Counted from the first letter of the stretch, positions 28,000 through 43,117 are shown. The stretch is 64,000 nt of DNA from Eledone cirrhosa (GCA_964016885.1 OZ024750.1:8060001-8124000); one strand, 5' to 3'. Notes: a model not told the origin generated them from the sequence alone. Translations and numbers: made by a program.

Positions 28000-28267
28000 A
28001 TATATATATATATAATACTTTTCAAATAAAAACAGTATGTACTTTCTTGCAAAGATTAGGTGAAAGTTCAATAGATACAAATAAAAATTTGAATAATAAA
28101 ATTACAAATAATATAATACGATATACATGGAACATGTAATAGTATCGGATCTTGTCGGAAGAGAGCAAGACTTCAGACATCCTACGTATTAATATATCCA
28201 TCATACTACAATATGTTTAGATTATCATATAATGTCGATATGGACATATATATCTAGGTATGTGTAT

Positions 28268-28500
28268 CTTCTTCTCCTTCTTCTTCCTCGCCCGCTGAGA
28301 GGGTCGTGGGGCCAGAGTCCTCAATCATTTCAACGGGTCCTCTCAGAAGCAACCTCATTCAACTGATCCAGCTGAGTCGCCAAGCGAGACCAGCCGAGGT
28401 CGGGGATATTATCCAACTATTTTTCTCGGGTCAGGATCTACCCCTGTGTCTCTTGTCGGTTGGTTTTGCGCGTAAAGTCTGTTCAGTGATTCTTTCTTGA
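28268..28500 (-). mobile_element. RTE-clade LINE 3' fragment
   Basis: Translates RITEQTLRAKPTDKRHRGRS..LDNIPDLGWSRLA..LNEVASER; (GAA)n tail; related piece at ~25890-25975. Confidence 0.7.
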
Positions 28501-28940
28501 AATATTCTAACCACATTCCAATAAGGTATGTGTATGATACAGTAATTACAGCAATGATATGTTTCTACTGTATCACATTGCTTATGCTCCAAATATATTT
28601 TCCTTGGTTGGTTTAGAATTAAAACCCAATTAAAATAATTTAGAAATGAAACACGAAATTCCCATCCCATAACTTTTCATTCAATTTGATATTCTAGGAT
28701 ATAAATCTGTATCTTTCACCAAGTAGCAGTTGCACTGCTAACATCATAAAACTGCAATGCTGTAGATAATTATTGGTAGCAACACATGCAAACGTATGCA
28801 CACAGACATATGAGTATTATTTATTTAAAGCCATAACTGTGTAAATCACTACATGAAGTTTCTCATGATTGCTTGTTAGGCAACTAACGTTGTGAAATTG
28901 GAAGCGTACTCGCACATCCATATATATATATATATATATA

Positions 28941-29060
28941 TCATCCTCATCAGGTCGAGCTTGCTCGGCTCTCTACGACACGTTTCCTCCATCCATCTCT
29001 GTCTCTCATAGCGTTTGCCAGTTCTTCCGCAGTGCATCCAGTATCGTCCTGCACCGTGTC
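28941..29060 (-). mobile_element. RTE-clade LINE 3' fragment
   Basis: Translates DTVQDDTGCTAEELANAMRDRDGWRKRVVESRASST*; abuts (TA)n. Confidence 0.75.
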
Positions 29061-29108
29061 GTATTTGTGACAGTATTGTATTAGCTCAATGTACAAGAAC
29101 AGAGTCGT

Positions 29109-29192
29109 TATATGTAAAAGAAATCAAAGAACGCCTACATACTCATACAATTTTTATTTGCTGACAATGTTTCATCCATACCATGGGGCAGG
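29109..29192 (-). mobile_element. Probable Penelope-like tail (hammerhead 3' half plus AATAAA)
   Basis: Minus strand tggatGAAAC-ATT-GTC-agca-AATAAA with tail ending cttttacatata. Confidence 0.4.
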
Positions 29193-29193
29193 A

Positions 29194-29257
<64 letters not shown>

Positions 29258-29780
29258 CATATACACACATATATTAATTTCCGAAGATACCCTAAGCTAT
29301 GTTTACATAAATGAATATGTGGCACTGAACAAACAAACAAAAAAACAATTAAACGAAAAGGCGTAATAAAAAGAACAAGAATTTAAAGGGCAAAACCCAA
29401 ATGTAAAATGATGGGAGAAAGATTATAGGAGCAACAGGAGATCGAAAGGTGAAAGAAGAGGTGAGATAACGGAACGAATTTTTCTCTGAGGATTTCGGAA
29501 GAAAAATAAGTATAATACTTTTTTAAAATATATTTTAAAGTAATCTGTGCATCGAAAAACCTTTGAAAGACTGATTATCTATAAAATATTGTATGGATGA
29601 TACCAATATTTTGATTTTTTTTTTAACGAGGGAGAGAGTCTACTGTATATATATGTACCGTATACTAATATATATATATATATATATATAATGTGTATAT
29701 AGTATAGTATGGTATAGAGAACACTGCTTTGAGATATTTTTTCTTCGATCTATAATTGATATTCAGAAAGAGACTAACTA

Positions 29781-29812
<32 letters not shown>

Positions 29813-30800
29813 CTATCTATATAATATACTGATCACGTCACTATCTCATCAAATGAGTTGAAACTTCTTCATTGACTCATGAAGATGGGCTAAAGCCTCA
29901 CATGCCGAACTTTCTTTCCTCTATAAAGCGTGAAACTAATACTTTTGAACCTCTGTTTGTTGCTTCCTTGAACCTATATATATATATATGTATGTATTGA
30001 AATTACATTCATAGGAAAGGATAGAATTCTACCAACATTTATCAGCAGCTCTAGAGCAGAAATATAGATTATTTCATGGTATTAAGAATAAATACACAGC
30101 TCAGTTAACTTGATTAACTATTCAAAATAAAATCCAGATTGTCCTTTTCCTTGAGCATTTTAAATCAACTGCGAATTAATGCTTAATTATTAGAAATTCG
30201 CTCAGCAGCTCTCCTTGATATTTTCAAACAAATCTCTGCCGCTAGTGTTTTGTTTCTCATTACTTTTAAGCGCCCAGTTTCCAGAAAATATGAATTTAGC
30301 AGTACACTCTACTGAATATTATTTCTCACATTTATGCCACTGGCCTCTTCGACTTATTTTCCATGATATTATTTACTATGAGTATTTATATGTAATGTAT
30401 ATATAAATACACACACACACGCACATGCAAACACGCACTCATATGCATGTGTGTATAAGGAGATTATCAGAGTAAATTTATATAAGTTTCTTGTAAACTG
30501 CAATTATGTCTTTGCGGAGAGGTTCCCGTTAAAAAATGTCATGTTCTGTGTGTGTGTATTTGTGTTGTTTTGTTCTACATGTGATCGTTTGTGAGTATAA
30601 TTGAAGGTGTACTGGGTTTCAGGGTGTTTGAGTGCATCATATAAGGGGAGTGTGTGAAATATGAAAGGTTTTTCTTTATTGGCGTGTGTGAGGGGGAGAC
30701 AAACTGTGTGTGTGTAATTGTGTTGCTTCGTTCTACATGTGATAGATTGTGAATATAGAGGGGTGCTGGGATTGCTGGTGCTTGATTGCATCACTTAAGT

Positions 30801-30801
<1 letters not shown>

Positions 30802-30877
<76 letters not shown>
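30802..30877. repeat. (GT)n microsatellite
   Basis: Visible directly. Confidence 0.98.
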
Positions 30878-30881
<4 letters not shown>

Positions 30882-31989
30882 TAAGAAAGGATTTTGTGTA
30901 TTGGTTTGTGTGGAAGAGAGGGATGTTGTGTGTGTCAGAGAGAGATGTATAGCGGTGTAGAAAAAAAATAAGAAGGAATTCAAGTCTAAAAATATCGGCT
31001 CTTCTTTCCACTGAAATCAACTATGAATCTTTCTGCTCATGTAAAAGAAATTTCAAACCGATACATCACAGGTTGTTTTCATTACTTCCAAACGTTGCAG
31101 CACATAATTCACCGAGAATTAGAGAAAAAATTTATTTAGCTATAGTTACCTTTTTCCAGTAATGTTTAATTGATTTATGTAAGCATACGTCTGTTACTGC
31201 ATTTAGACGTATGTGCGTGCGTCTGTGTTTGTGTCTGTGTGTGTGCATGTGTTTGTGCGTGTTTAATCTAAAACTCACCTTTCTATTATATTTCGTTAAG
31301 TGTGGAAAGTCTGTGATCTGTCAAACACAAACTGATCATCAGTCTTGACATTATAGCTTCTCTATCCATGACTCACTCCAACGAATTGCCGATTGGTTAA
31401 GACGTTCACTTCACAAAGATAAGGGCCCAGTTTCAATCCCAATGTGTGGTATCTATGTCAAATAATATTTGCCTAAGTCTCAGGTCAACCCATGTCATGA
31501 GAATGAAATCAGTGTGTGTGTGTGTGTGAGAGAGAGAGAGAAAGAGAGATTTGCCCAAATGCTGGATTAATTGGCAATTACATTTCTACTGGTGGTTTCA
31601 CCATCAATTGGTTCATAGAATTAACAATATTAATCTAATGTAATGCTATATATGTTGAGATGATAACGAACTTTAATTCAATATTATAGTTTGGAGTATC
31701 CCGTAATTTAAACCAGTAAAGACACGCTATGGACATGTATTCAAATCTCACGTTTCATATATTCTAATACGTAATACATTACTAATTTATGAAAGCATTA
31801 AAGCTAGATTATTCAATAATCGTTAAACGGTGTACGTTAAAATTAAAGGAAATCACTCTACGCAAGTACGGTTACGACAAAGAGTGTTCTAATTATTAAA
31901 CTAAGTTAACAGTGTGGTCACAACGTTGAAATAAAAGTGACTGGGCATTCAGTTGACAAGCAGGGCCATAACATAATTTATAAACTGAT

Positions 31990-32180
31990 TCAGGATAACA
32001 CAGTCCATGGCAAGCATATTGTTATAAAATACAGGTACAACTCATTTGTTCCAGCTGAGCAGACTGGAGCAACTTGAAAGAATGTGTCTTGCTCAAGGAT
32101 ACAAAGTGTTGCTGGGAATCGAAATTGTGACCTTTTAATCGTGTGTGGAACATCCCTAACAATTAATATTCCACGCACCA
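31990..32180 (-). mobile_element. SINE family B, diverged
   Basis: ttgtatccttgagcaagacac...ccagtctgctcagctgg..aatgagttg aligns with the 6088-6381 copy. Confidence 0.65.
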
Positions 32181-32928
32181 TTATACCCGTATTATTGCAG
32201 CTAGGACTAACATTCCTGTGTCCCTCGTCCCTCCTTTTGTAGGATAGTAAATGAAGATTTGAGCGAAATGTGGCTACTATTTCTAGTCGATCGAACGACT
32301 CATAGGAAATTATTTGTTACGAACGTATTCGTTACGAGAATGCTCGGCGTCAATATTTGTGTCTAAACAACACAGTTCTTTCAAGCAAATTTTTTAACCA
32401 ACTTAATATAATTCTAAAAATAAACCAAACAAATATAATTCCATTTGATCATTGTTCCTTAAATTGGATAGGTTCCCAGAAATGATGAATGGAAACAAAA
32501 CTCATTTTAATTTAAGACAGAGATATAAAAAAAAAAGGGGAGGAAAATCTAATTCGTATGACAGCTTGTAATAAAAGTATGCCAATTTTGACGGGTCTTC
32601 TAAAAGAACAATTTATATAGTAGAGGAGTTTGCAACTTTTCAGATACACATAAGGGTATGACTGTGTGTTAAAGAAGATTACTTTGTAAGTATATCGATC
32701 CTGGATGGATCCTATTGTGTGGCAGCTTAGGCAAATCTTTTTTACCATAGTGTCCGTTTGAATAATGTTGTGTGCGAAATTTAGTCAACGGAAATATATA
32801 TATATATATTTAGTCGACGGAAATATATATATATCCAAAATTAAATTAAGGGTATCATGTCTGAGAGACATGCGCCATATCCACTGTAGAATATGCTCAA
32901 AGATTCCAATGAATAGATCCGAGCATTT

Positions 32929-32994
32929 TATATCAACTAGAAATTGATTGACACACAGATATATATACATGTCAATCAATTTCTAGTTGATATA
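32929..32994. repeat. Perfect 25-bp inverted repeat around a short TA tract
   Basis: tatatcaactagaaattgattgaca / tgtcaatcaatttctagttgatata. Confidence 0.9.
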
Positions 32995-33512
32995 TATATA
33001 CATATTTCGCGGCAATATCGAGCATGCGTGACCAGCCTGATTGACGCGTGACCTCGGCGCTGGCACTTCGATCTGACGGAATGGTGGTAGTACATTAAAG
33101 GATTATGCCCCACACCATAAGGTAGTATCTTGACACAATTATCAGCACTTGAGGGCGGTCGACGCAGATGCAAGTTGCTAAAATACCGGCCACCCTCTTG
33201 TCTGATTTAAACACCAAGGATTTCTATTTGATATATTCCTTCGTTATGTTTTGAATTACCTGAGGATGTCACCGGATTCATACTGAACCCGGTCATTGAA
33301 ATGCTCATAGTAAAATAAACCTTTCAAGGATTTACACCAGAACATGCCTCCTGTTATTTTGTAATAATTAACTCCGTACTCGCACCACCAACTACACAAA
33401 CGAAGACGGGTGGTTGCATTACGTTGAGTGCTTTCCATAACATTACATCCTGGCTGACCACACAGAATGACCAGTTCTATCCAGTGGTGAACCAACAAAC
33501 CCAAATAAATAA

Positions 33513-33555
<43 letters not shown>

Positions 33556-35576
33556 CATATGTGTGTGTGTGATTAAGTTTTCAATATAACTATATATCTA
33601 ATTAGTCTTGAAACAATGATTCAACTCTATATTCTCATGAACAACATGCTTCCCATATCCTTAAAGGCTCTGAACAGAAATAAATCTATATTGACATTTT
33701 ACTATTTGGAAATTCAAATTATATTTACTATGATAACATCTAGAGATGGTTTGTGTTCCATTCAGTAAGTTGAATTTTAAACCTCACATGAAATATGTAA
33801 TATAAATACACTATACGTTTAAAACATATGTTCTTATGTGAGCAACATACTGCTAAGATATGTGAAGTAAAACAAGTCTGAATCTCGCAAATTTCTCAAA
33901 ACAATCCTTAAAATATAAATAAAGAAAATGATTGTACTTATAAAGTCACGAAGATTGAGTTATAGCATTCATGTCAATTATAATTACGATACAACAAGTG
34001 TAAGAGTAGGAACGGGTGCATGGTGTAAACATTTATACGATTTATAAACTAGAGAGTATAAAACAAAGTATGGTATACAATAGTAGTTTATAAAAGTGTA
34101 GTGTAAATAATAAATATTGCTATTGAGAAAGGGGTATCTTTTAGAGAAAATCCAGTTATCTCGAGAGAAATTTTCGTCTCTAACACATTTTATAAATTAT
34201 TGGGAATTATTCCTGTAGTAATTTTATTTCAATTAAAATGGCGCCTGTATAATACATCTGTTTAAACAATAACTTTTGTCATTCACAATTCGATTCTTAT
34301 TTCACCGCATTTCTGAAATCAATATTATATATATAGTTAGATATATCATCTTGGCGATAGCCAGAAGAATTCTTATTTGTAATCTCGAGAAAAATTAATA
34401 TATAGAATATATGTTTGCTGCTGGTAAAGGTCATCAGAATTTTCTCTAAAACGATTTCAAAACGATGTAGTAAAGCTAGATATTTATGATGTTATATCTA
34501 TAGTATCTGCATAGATATCGGCAGATGCTTTTTACAGCTTGTCGATAAAAAGAAAATTTGATTAAAGTTTGATAAAAGTTTGGCATCTCAGAGCAGGCAA
34601 TAGTGGTTGAACTATGTAAACTTAGATTAGAGCTTATAAAACTATACAAGACTGAGATCTCTATGCATTATGTGCATGTTAACGTTAATGATATTAACGT
34701 ATCACTGTGATATTCTGGCAACAATGAAAGTTCCTCTACATAATAGCATTTCACAAGATAGATGTTGTGATCTTATTAATGTTATCTATTCAATGCTCCG
34801 AGTTATAACATGGTTAACATAACTGATTACTAGAGGCTATCTTCTACTTATTTATGCGTCACGTCTACGTAGAAAATATATTTCTTTGTATCTTACGTCG
34901 CTTTTCTGATGTACATATTAGGATCTGTGGTTTTGCACTTAAACACTTATCTCATGCTGTAAATATAAGTTTCACATTTGTTGTAAGCCATTAGTTTTAT
35001 AAGCTGGTGTATCTGCATTTTGTGCTAAAAACGGTTTGTTGACCCTCTTAAAGGAACAGTCCACGAGAAAAAAAGATTTATTCGGTTAAATATAGAGGAG
35101 TATCTCTCCTTGTTAGACGTGAAAACTAATCTATTCTACTATTATCCTGTAACCGTTGTAGCAGCACGGCTGTTCTTGAATATTTGAATATTATATTATA
35201 TACTCTCGGTTCTCAAATAATGGGGGGGGGGGGAGCGGGGTGTTGGAATCATTATTCATAAATTATTTTTGTTAATTACAAAATTTAAAGTAGGCTTCAG
35301 TAGACAATATTAAGCTAAAAAATTTAAATTAAACTCAAACCCGTCCCTCAGTGACTTCCCTTAGTCATGTAAATTATTTTTGAGGGTTAATTCTTAAGAT
35401 AGTGAAATATATTCCTATTTGTTAAGAAGTTGCTGATATTTACCACAATGTTATAATTCTTTTCTATAACTAAAGAAAATTTTCAGTTAATTGATATTAT
35501 TTTATATGTTATTCAATACATCATCTTAATTGGGCTCGTTGATATATATATATATATATTTTTTTTTGGGGGGGGG

Positions 35577-36160
35577 GTCGTTTTGGAAGCCTCAACAATG
35601 CAGGTGGGTAAATCTCCGGGTAACAGAATCTGGTGGTGAAGAGAGAGATGTAAGGGAATGTAGAATGATATATATGGTGTGTAGAGGAACGTGAGTAAGA
35701 GCGTAAAAATAATAACACGAGATAGTTACCTTGGGAGAGATTTAATTGTCCCTATATTTCGGATTCGCACCCATCAACTGGGAGAGTTTTCCGGGGTGGG
35801 GGGAGTTATCTGTCGGAGAGGAACGGTACGTGGCCTCTGCTGTCCGCTGTTCCTCTCCTACAGATAACTCCCCCCACGGAACCCTCCCTCCCCCAGTTGA
35901 TGGATGTCAATCCGAAATATAGAGACAATTAAATCTCTCCCAAGGTAACTCTATCTCGTGTTATTATTTTTATCTTTTACGCTCTTTCCTACGTTCCTCT
36001 ACACACTATACATCTCATTCTACATTCCCTTACATCTCTCTCTTCACGATCCGATTCTGTTACCCGGAGGTTTACCCATCTGCATTGTTGAGGCTTCCAA
36101 AACGACAAAAATAAATCTTATTATTCCACAATGCTTCAATCAAACTTCAATACTCTCTTA
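35577..36160 (+). mobile_element. Penelope-like 3' end with ~250-bp inverted partial copy
   Basis: Arms 35577-35824 / 35849-36106; hammerhead-like cAGTTGA-tGGAT-gtca-ATCC-GAAA-TATAG; 54-bp tail ending at (TA)n; (TA)n upstream. Confidence 0.65.
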
Positions 36161-39100
36161 TATATATATATATATATATATACGAACACATATATCCACA
36201 CACACACACACATTTGCGTACACACATTTCAGACATAAACACATTCTCTCTATCTCTCTCACACACACCTTCATGTGTAACTATATTCTTGCTCACATAT
36301 CTAGGATCTGTAATGAATGACAAAATCTCATTATTGGCATCTTCATGAAACTATGTAACATCATTAAAAGTAAACAATGTAGGAAATGTGTTATGGAGTA
36401 CGTGTTCATTCATTACTGAAAGTTAGTCTTACATCTATATGTTGTGAAATATCTTATTTGATAAGCCAGCAGCCCGCTAAAACAAGGCCCTTCAAGATAG
36501 TGCCTTCCATGACAATATTAAGTACATAAAGCAAACTAAACATAGTAACATGTAAAACGAAAATATATATAGAAAATAATCCGGATCGGCCACTACGCCC
36601 TTATCGTAAAGATTAATGTAGGTGAGACGTTCTTAGATCTAATAGATAAGTATTTCCTTTCACAACATAGGTACATTAAAATATTCAGTAGGTGTTCTGT
36701 GAAGATAAGATATACTTGCGGACCCTCCATCAGATCGATTATAACTATTAAAAGCAAAACAATAAAAATCCAGGATGCTCCTGCAGGGTAAGGGAAGACA
36801 TTTCTCTGTAGCAGTGTTGTAATATAAAGTCAAAGAGTCAGTGATAGATCCTTTACGTGGTTACTGGTTCTGTTAGAAACAGCAGCCACGATTTTCGCAA
36901 ATCATATTCTACAATCTTTAACAGGAAAAGAACATGATGGACAATGTAGTCTTAGATACACTTACAAAATCCAGAACTCTCACGACTAGAATAATTTTGA
37001 CGATATGTCAAAATATTAACCAAAATATTATTTTGAAATATAAAAGTGTGGTTTAATGGAAATATGGCTTTTATTTCTAGCATTTCCTGTGAACACAAAG
37101 AGGGCTCCTCAGTCAGCGTTAATTATAATCGTGGACCTGAGGATCGACACGTTCTCGTGGTCATTGGTTTCATTGAGATCTTTGTGGAAATACATTCTTA
37201 CCTTTTATATAATTCAAGGTTTGGTGTTCTACATGGGAAAACATATTTTCCTACTAATTTGAAGACTTCAATATGATCTCTCATTGTCCCTCTCTCCCTT
37301 TCACTCTCTCTATAATGTATATATATAATATAATATAATATAATATAATATAATATAATATGATATAACATAACATATATATATATAATATATATATTAT
37401 ATATTATATATATTATATATATAATATATTTATATAACCATAAGAGCGCACCACCGAATTAGAGATTTATTCTGTTTTTTTGCTTGCGGAAATATAGTTC
37501 GTGTTTGAATACTCTCAACGCCTTTGCATTACAGTCTTTCATTCCAATTATATGTTGATACGAAGTTATTTTTCGCAATTATAATTTGTAAAAAAAAAAG
37601 GGGGGAGGACCAACAAAAATAAATCACTGTTCTGTAATGAAGAGAATGGAACATCAATACATTCTAAATATATTTAAAGAAGAAATAAGAAAATTACACT
37701 TGTAAGCTGGTATATTATTGGCGACGACAATCAGTTCTGCTCTAAAATATCATTTGGAGCCAAGCATTGTATGTAGCTGTGAAAATGTCTAATATATTTT
37801 ACTTAGGGAAGCTTGAATATTTATGTACGTAGAAAGACGTTTAACGTCCGTGAGCAGTGATTTCATATATTTTAATGAGTATAAGATAATGAAATTTACA
37901 TATGTGATAACATTTTTTGCTGAATTGAATGGCATTATGCCTGTACCTGATCCACGATTTCCAAATATATTGGTAAATTCCCAGAATATAATCACGCGTT
38001 TTAAGATATCGTTTTATTCTTTTAGTTCAAAATTACTCTCATTTATCAGCTACGAACAAGTATGTTAACGCTTTAACATTCTTTTATGAAATGCAAGTGG
38101 TTTTTCTTCCTGCAGCAATTTAACACTATTAATGTGCTGATGGTTCTTTCTTTCCAGATTACACTTGAAATTCTCTCTCTTTTTTCTGTTCCTATTAAAA
38201 CAGTTCTTCACCTAGTGTTTCTACACACTACGCTCATCCGATCTATTGTGATCTGTAAACACAATTGTATATTATTTCCTGTTCTGCTGTTAGAATTAAA
38301 TATTGATCGCTCTAAGCTATTATTTTCATCAACTACATTATATAACACAGGGGAAAGTGAAATATAGCAAGATTAAATTCATGTCAGAACAGGAGGAATA
38401 TTAGATGTTAATAGTAAAATGTTCAACCCCGTTTACTTTCATTCTAAAATACCAAGTTTGATTAATATATTCTTATATGAACGCGAGTAAGAATTACTCA
38501 ATATTTATTTGAGAAATAAAGATGCTGAATTAAAGAATCGGATTAAATAGCTTGCGGTATTTTTTCTGGCATTCTGCTCTCTGATTTCAAATCTTGATAT
38601 ACTCAACTTTATCCATTATCCTTCTTGAGTCGATATAATCAATATATCAATATAATCTATCAATTCAAGTCGGTAGATTGGAGGAATTGTCAGAGCGTGA
38701 ATTGGTCACAATGCAATATCTATTCTAACGTTTTTGATTCTCAGTTCAAGTCTTGCCTCTTGTTATATGAAGGATCTGTAACTTCGATGGTCCCTGGATC
38801 CCAATCATTTGAACGCTCAAGGAATCTTCTGTGCCTTTAGCAGTTATTTTCAATGTGATGGAGGGTCTGCAAGAATAGCTTATCACGAGTGCAAACCGAA
38901 GATGTTACGTGTCACAGAGTTGTATTTATAAATCAATAGAATCAGTGTTTCTGGATAGTACTGATTATGAAAAGACAAAACAAGAAACTAATTGATTCCA
39001 TCGTCTAACAGTGGATTCAGTGAATTGAAATTGAAGATATTGAACTAAAAATAAATGTTCAGAAAACATGTAGATTTATCGATCTTTCGAGATCTTATGC

Positions 39101-39500
39101 ATTACGTTAGAGATTGTTGATAGGGAATCAATACATCAATGACAGTGCGGGGGGGGCATCAAAATATTTGACGTAAATTCACAGTGATCTGATAAAAAAA
39201 GGAAAACTAGTTGTGATTTCTTACTGGGAAATTTCACCAATCCTACGCCATAACAATTTTTAAAGCAAAACATAGCTTTTCATTATCCTCACCACTACCA
39301 CCACTTGTAATTATTTGGGGCTTTTGTGCTGTCAAAAGAAGCTGACATATAAAGTGCGAGACTGGCTGATGAATACGTCACCAGTCATATTCTGCGTCGT
39401 GGGCGTAAACCAAGAGATAAAATTATGAATTCCTACAGAATTGAACTAGAATATTAACAGAAATATGTTTATCATGCATTTCTTAGGGTGGCTGGGTGGC

Positions 39501-39575
39501 GTGCGGGTTGGTGTAATCGGTTTAGCACATTTATCCGAACAATAACAGGTGTAGGTTCGATACCTATGCAGAGTG
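39501..39575 (+). mobile_element. tRNA-like head (SINE head or tRNA pseudogene)
   Basis: A-box tggtgtaatcgg and B-box ggttcgatacc at tRNA spacing; acceptor and anticodon stems do not pair well. Confidence 0.5.
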
Positions 39576-39692
39576 TGTCCATTTTCCCACCATTATGGGG
39601 CTTATATGTCCTGTTATTAGGCTATTATCCAAAACATGGCAAAAGTCCTTAAATCTCTAAATCTCTCTCGTTTTATGTATGTATATATATAT

Positions 39693-39850
39693 AACAAAGA
39701 GATTATGGTAAGATGTCAGGAGGACCATAAAGCACCAGAGTACTCAATAGTTAGGGTAGTAGAGTGGGTAATGGGTAAAGAGTCAGGACCCCGACGGATC
39801 TAATGTCGAAACGGACGGAGCTCAGCCGTCGGGGTCCTCACTCTTTTCCT
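39693..39850 (-). mobile_element. Penelope-like 3' end with inverted arm (same family as 1501-1695)
   Basis: Shares ggaccataa.gcaccagagtactcaata.ttagggtagtagagtggg; inverted arm ends at ttttcctata as in the first copy; (TA)n on both sides. Confidence 0.65.
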
Positions 39851-41529
39851 ATATATATATATATATGTTGATGCGTTTGAGTAGAAAGGAAACACGAAAC
39901 TATTGATGACAGAACTTTCACTTTATAATCATTAAAAGCGTTTCTCGGCAGATAACACTGACGGTTTCCTGTTTTCCAAAGTAGACTTCTAATTAATACC
40001 GCTATCTGCCAAATAACTCCTTAAATCTATAATAAGTTATATCGATACATTGCACTTAGTTACATCTTGTTTAACTGTGCGATCAAACGGTAAGTACATT
40101 GCGCATGACCGCTGTGCAATATCACTGATACAATATCGCGGATAATTTTAATTATTAAAAATATATAGACTGATATTTTTTGTACAAGGATAAGAAGGGA
40201 GGATTATGTAGGATTGAATAAATCTCAGTACATTACTCCGACTTATATTAAATAAAGAGGATTTAAGGTTAAAATAACTACCGACAATGCTTGAAGTTAG
40301 AACATGAACGAGACAACGGATGTCAGATAGTTTTACACTCAACACATTCTGTACACCATATTAGACTGCGTTCATTAAAACAAATAGGAAAAATAGAAAC
40401 AGAATATGAAATAGATAAAAATTGATGAGATAAGGGGAGGCATACTGACTTAATAAAAGGAAATGACTATCTATGTTTGATGATGTATATGAACACCTTG
40501 GAAGGAATAAGGTTCTCCAGTTATCACTACTACTAGAACAACAATAAATACATTTAACAAATATGTCTTGATATGATTGTGTCTAATAAATTAGTCATAA
40601 ATGAAAGAAGGAGAACGTCCCTGATAGTTATATAGGTCGTGAGTTACTTGTATAAGTTGCCTTGCAGTTATATTTATAGTTTGCACGACATGAATTATAC
40701 AAAACGTGCAGTTATTGCATAGATCAGCACAACAGATACAATATCATATATGCTGTATGAATACATGAAACAGATGCCAACAAAAAAAGACTACTAAGAT
40801 ACTTATAAATTTAATGTAAGTTATTCCATTAATAGCTAAAACTAGACTTTCTTCTGTTTAACCGAATACATCATAAATCATACGACATCTTCTGATACTG
40901 CTGTTTGTGTCAAAGATATATACGTAGTATATATCTTTGGTTTCATAGGTTTCATAGAAGTAATCATAATTTATAAATAAAATGTTCATATATTGGTTTC
41001 TATTACTAAGATACAAAGGTCGTTTAATATATAAGTGGGAAAAGACGGAGAGTTTGGAACGGTATATCTCACACAGGAATAATAGTCACGTTAGTGAAGT
41101 ATAATCCTTTCAACTGTTATCTTTTAAAAGACGGCACTTGAAAAATATGGAGAACTGAATTGAATTCTATTTTGGTGCACATATACACGTTGAACTTTAT
41201 TACTACACATTTGTTAGTTCTGCACACATATTGGATTGGTGAGGCAATGCTTGAAATAGCAACAATGGGTCTCTTAAATCACACTATATTTCAGGAAAGA
41301 AGGTCACATTAAATAATGTGGTTATCGATACACTTAGCATAGTGATCTTTTTATTATAATTCCATTCATGTGCAACATGTTTTATAATAGAATAAATTAA
41401 TATCAATAGTTCATTGTTATTGTAGTCTTAAAAAGCTGAGAAATTAGTGACTAATTTGTTTTTGTTGTTATTTCAACTCAGAATTGAAATAGATGTAAGT
41501 AAATGCTCCAAACCTGTATAGGTATACCT

Positions 41530-42800
41530 ACCTACTCCTATTGGGGGTTTGTGTTCCGATCAATTTTTACGTTGGTGTAAGTCTAGGTCCTTGCAAATTA
41601 CTCAGTGGATATACTCTTCAGCTGTGTCATGGCTGATGGTACTCTGAGGATACAATGATGCTGGATGTGGAATAAATGTGATTGGTGGTTTTTAGCCATT
41701 TACATACTCAGCATGTTGGTCTCCTATCGTTTTTTAAGATGTTGGTCCGATAGATTCTTATTGTAGCTTAGATAAACCCTTCTGTCTCTTATTTTAATGT
41801 AGAGCACGCTAACCACTGGTGGGTAGAGACTTTGTCAACATCAGCATTGTTAGCTTTCTTTGTGTATTTACCATGAAATGGTTTTTCTTATCATTTGACA
41901 AGATTTAAGGTTGCATTTTAATAAGGGTTTTAATGTTCTGGATGTATTGACAGTTTGTCCTAGACGACGGTAGCTTTTGTACTGTTATAAAGGCTAGATT
42001 CCATCCTAATGTCGCCATAAAACTGTTTTATAACTAATAGTAGTCATTGTAGTTGCTGGTCAGTTTTTATGAAAACCTTTAAATCATCCATGTAAAAAAA
42101 TGTTGTCTTATAACATGATTGTGTTACCCTGAGTAATCTGAAGAGAGGAGCCAGACAAAAGAGAAGTGATAATAGAGAATTCACTTGAAAACTAACACAT
42201 GAGATTTTAATATCCTCCGCATTCAGAGATTTCTTCTCATTAATCAAAACGAATGACGTTTTCCATGATTTCATACTAGCAGATAGAAAGTTTCTGAAAA
42301 TAAGTGATATTTTATACATTTTCAAGTATTTCTCAATCCAACTAAGTGGTAGATTGTCAAAAACTTTTTTTCATAGATTATCCAAGCTATTGATAAGTTC
42401 TTGCGCTAATTGTGACAATGTTAGAAAATCATCTTACTACTGAGAAGCTGAACGTTTTGGTCATTGGGGAAGATTTCATTTTCGATATAGAAGTAATACG
42501 TGTATTCAGTCGAAAAAGATATTAATATATTATACATAGTTGTTAAGCAGGTTATAGTTGGTTAAGTTTTTAGGTTCATTTGCTTCTTCGTTTTTCGAAA
42601 GTAAGAATCTAACGCCATTAACTAGCCAAGGGGGCATTTTATCAGATTCCTGCATAATATTGTTGTAGTGTCTTTTCAGAAGCTTGTGGCTTTCTAGAAA
42701 AGCATTCGACCAAAAATTAGAAATGTTATCCTTTCCTGGAGAATTCTCCATTCGGTGAATTGTTAAAATTGGTAAAGTGTTGAACACCTTGCTTCGTTCC
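41530..42800 (-). mobile_element. Decayed R4/Dong-like non-LTR retrotransposon (RT and downstream region)
   Basis: SPGKDNISNFW, MPPWLVNGVRFLLSK..EPKN and FYMDDLK (YMDD at 42083-42094); frameshifts and stops. Confidence 0.8.
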
Positions 42801-42805
42801 TTCAC

Positions 42806-43117
42806 GTTCTGATTTCAAATTCCACCGAGGTTAGCTTTGCCTTTCATCCTTACGGGGTCGATAAAATGAAGCATTAGTAAGTACTGGGGTCGATTTAATC
42901 GACTTTTGTTAGCCTTGTGCCAAAAATAGAAACATTTATTACGTCATAGAGTTACGGCCTTTTCATTCTGAGTTCAAATCCCGCCGAGGTTAGCTTTGCC
43001 TTTCATCCTTACGGGGTCGATAAAATAAAGTACCAGTAATGTACTGGAGTCGATTTAATTGACATTCCCCTCCCCTTTCTAAATGCTAGCCTTGTGTCTA
43101 AAGTAGAAACAATTATT
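42806..43117 (+). mobile_element. Two tandem 5'-truncated SINE family A long-variant copies
   Basis: Conserved body with the gtcgatttaat extension present twice. Confidence 0.9.

Noticed and set aside
37081-37228. Possible exons (+ 37081-37218; - 37202-37228)
   Set aside because: The + acceptor resembles the old dispersed repeat core; the 27-nt minus microexon has no partner exons; chance level
39501-39575. Functional tRNA gene
   Set aside because: A and B boxes are present but the cloverleaf stems do not pair; better explained as a SINE head or pseudogene
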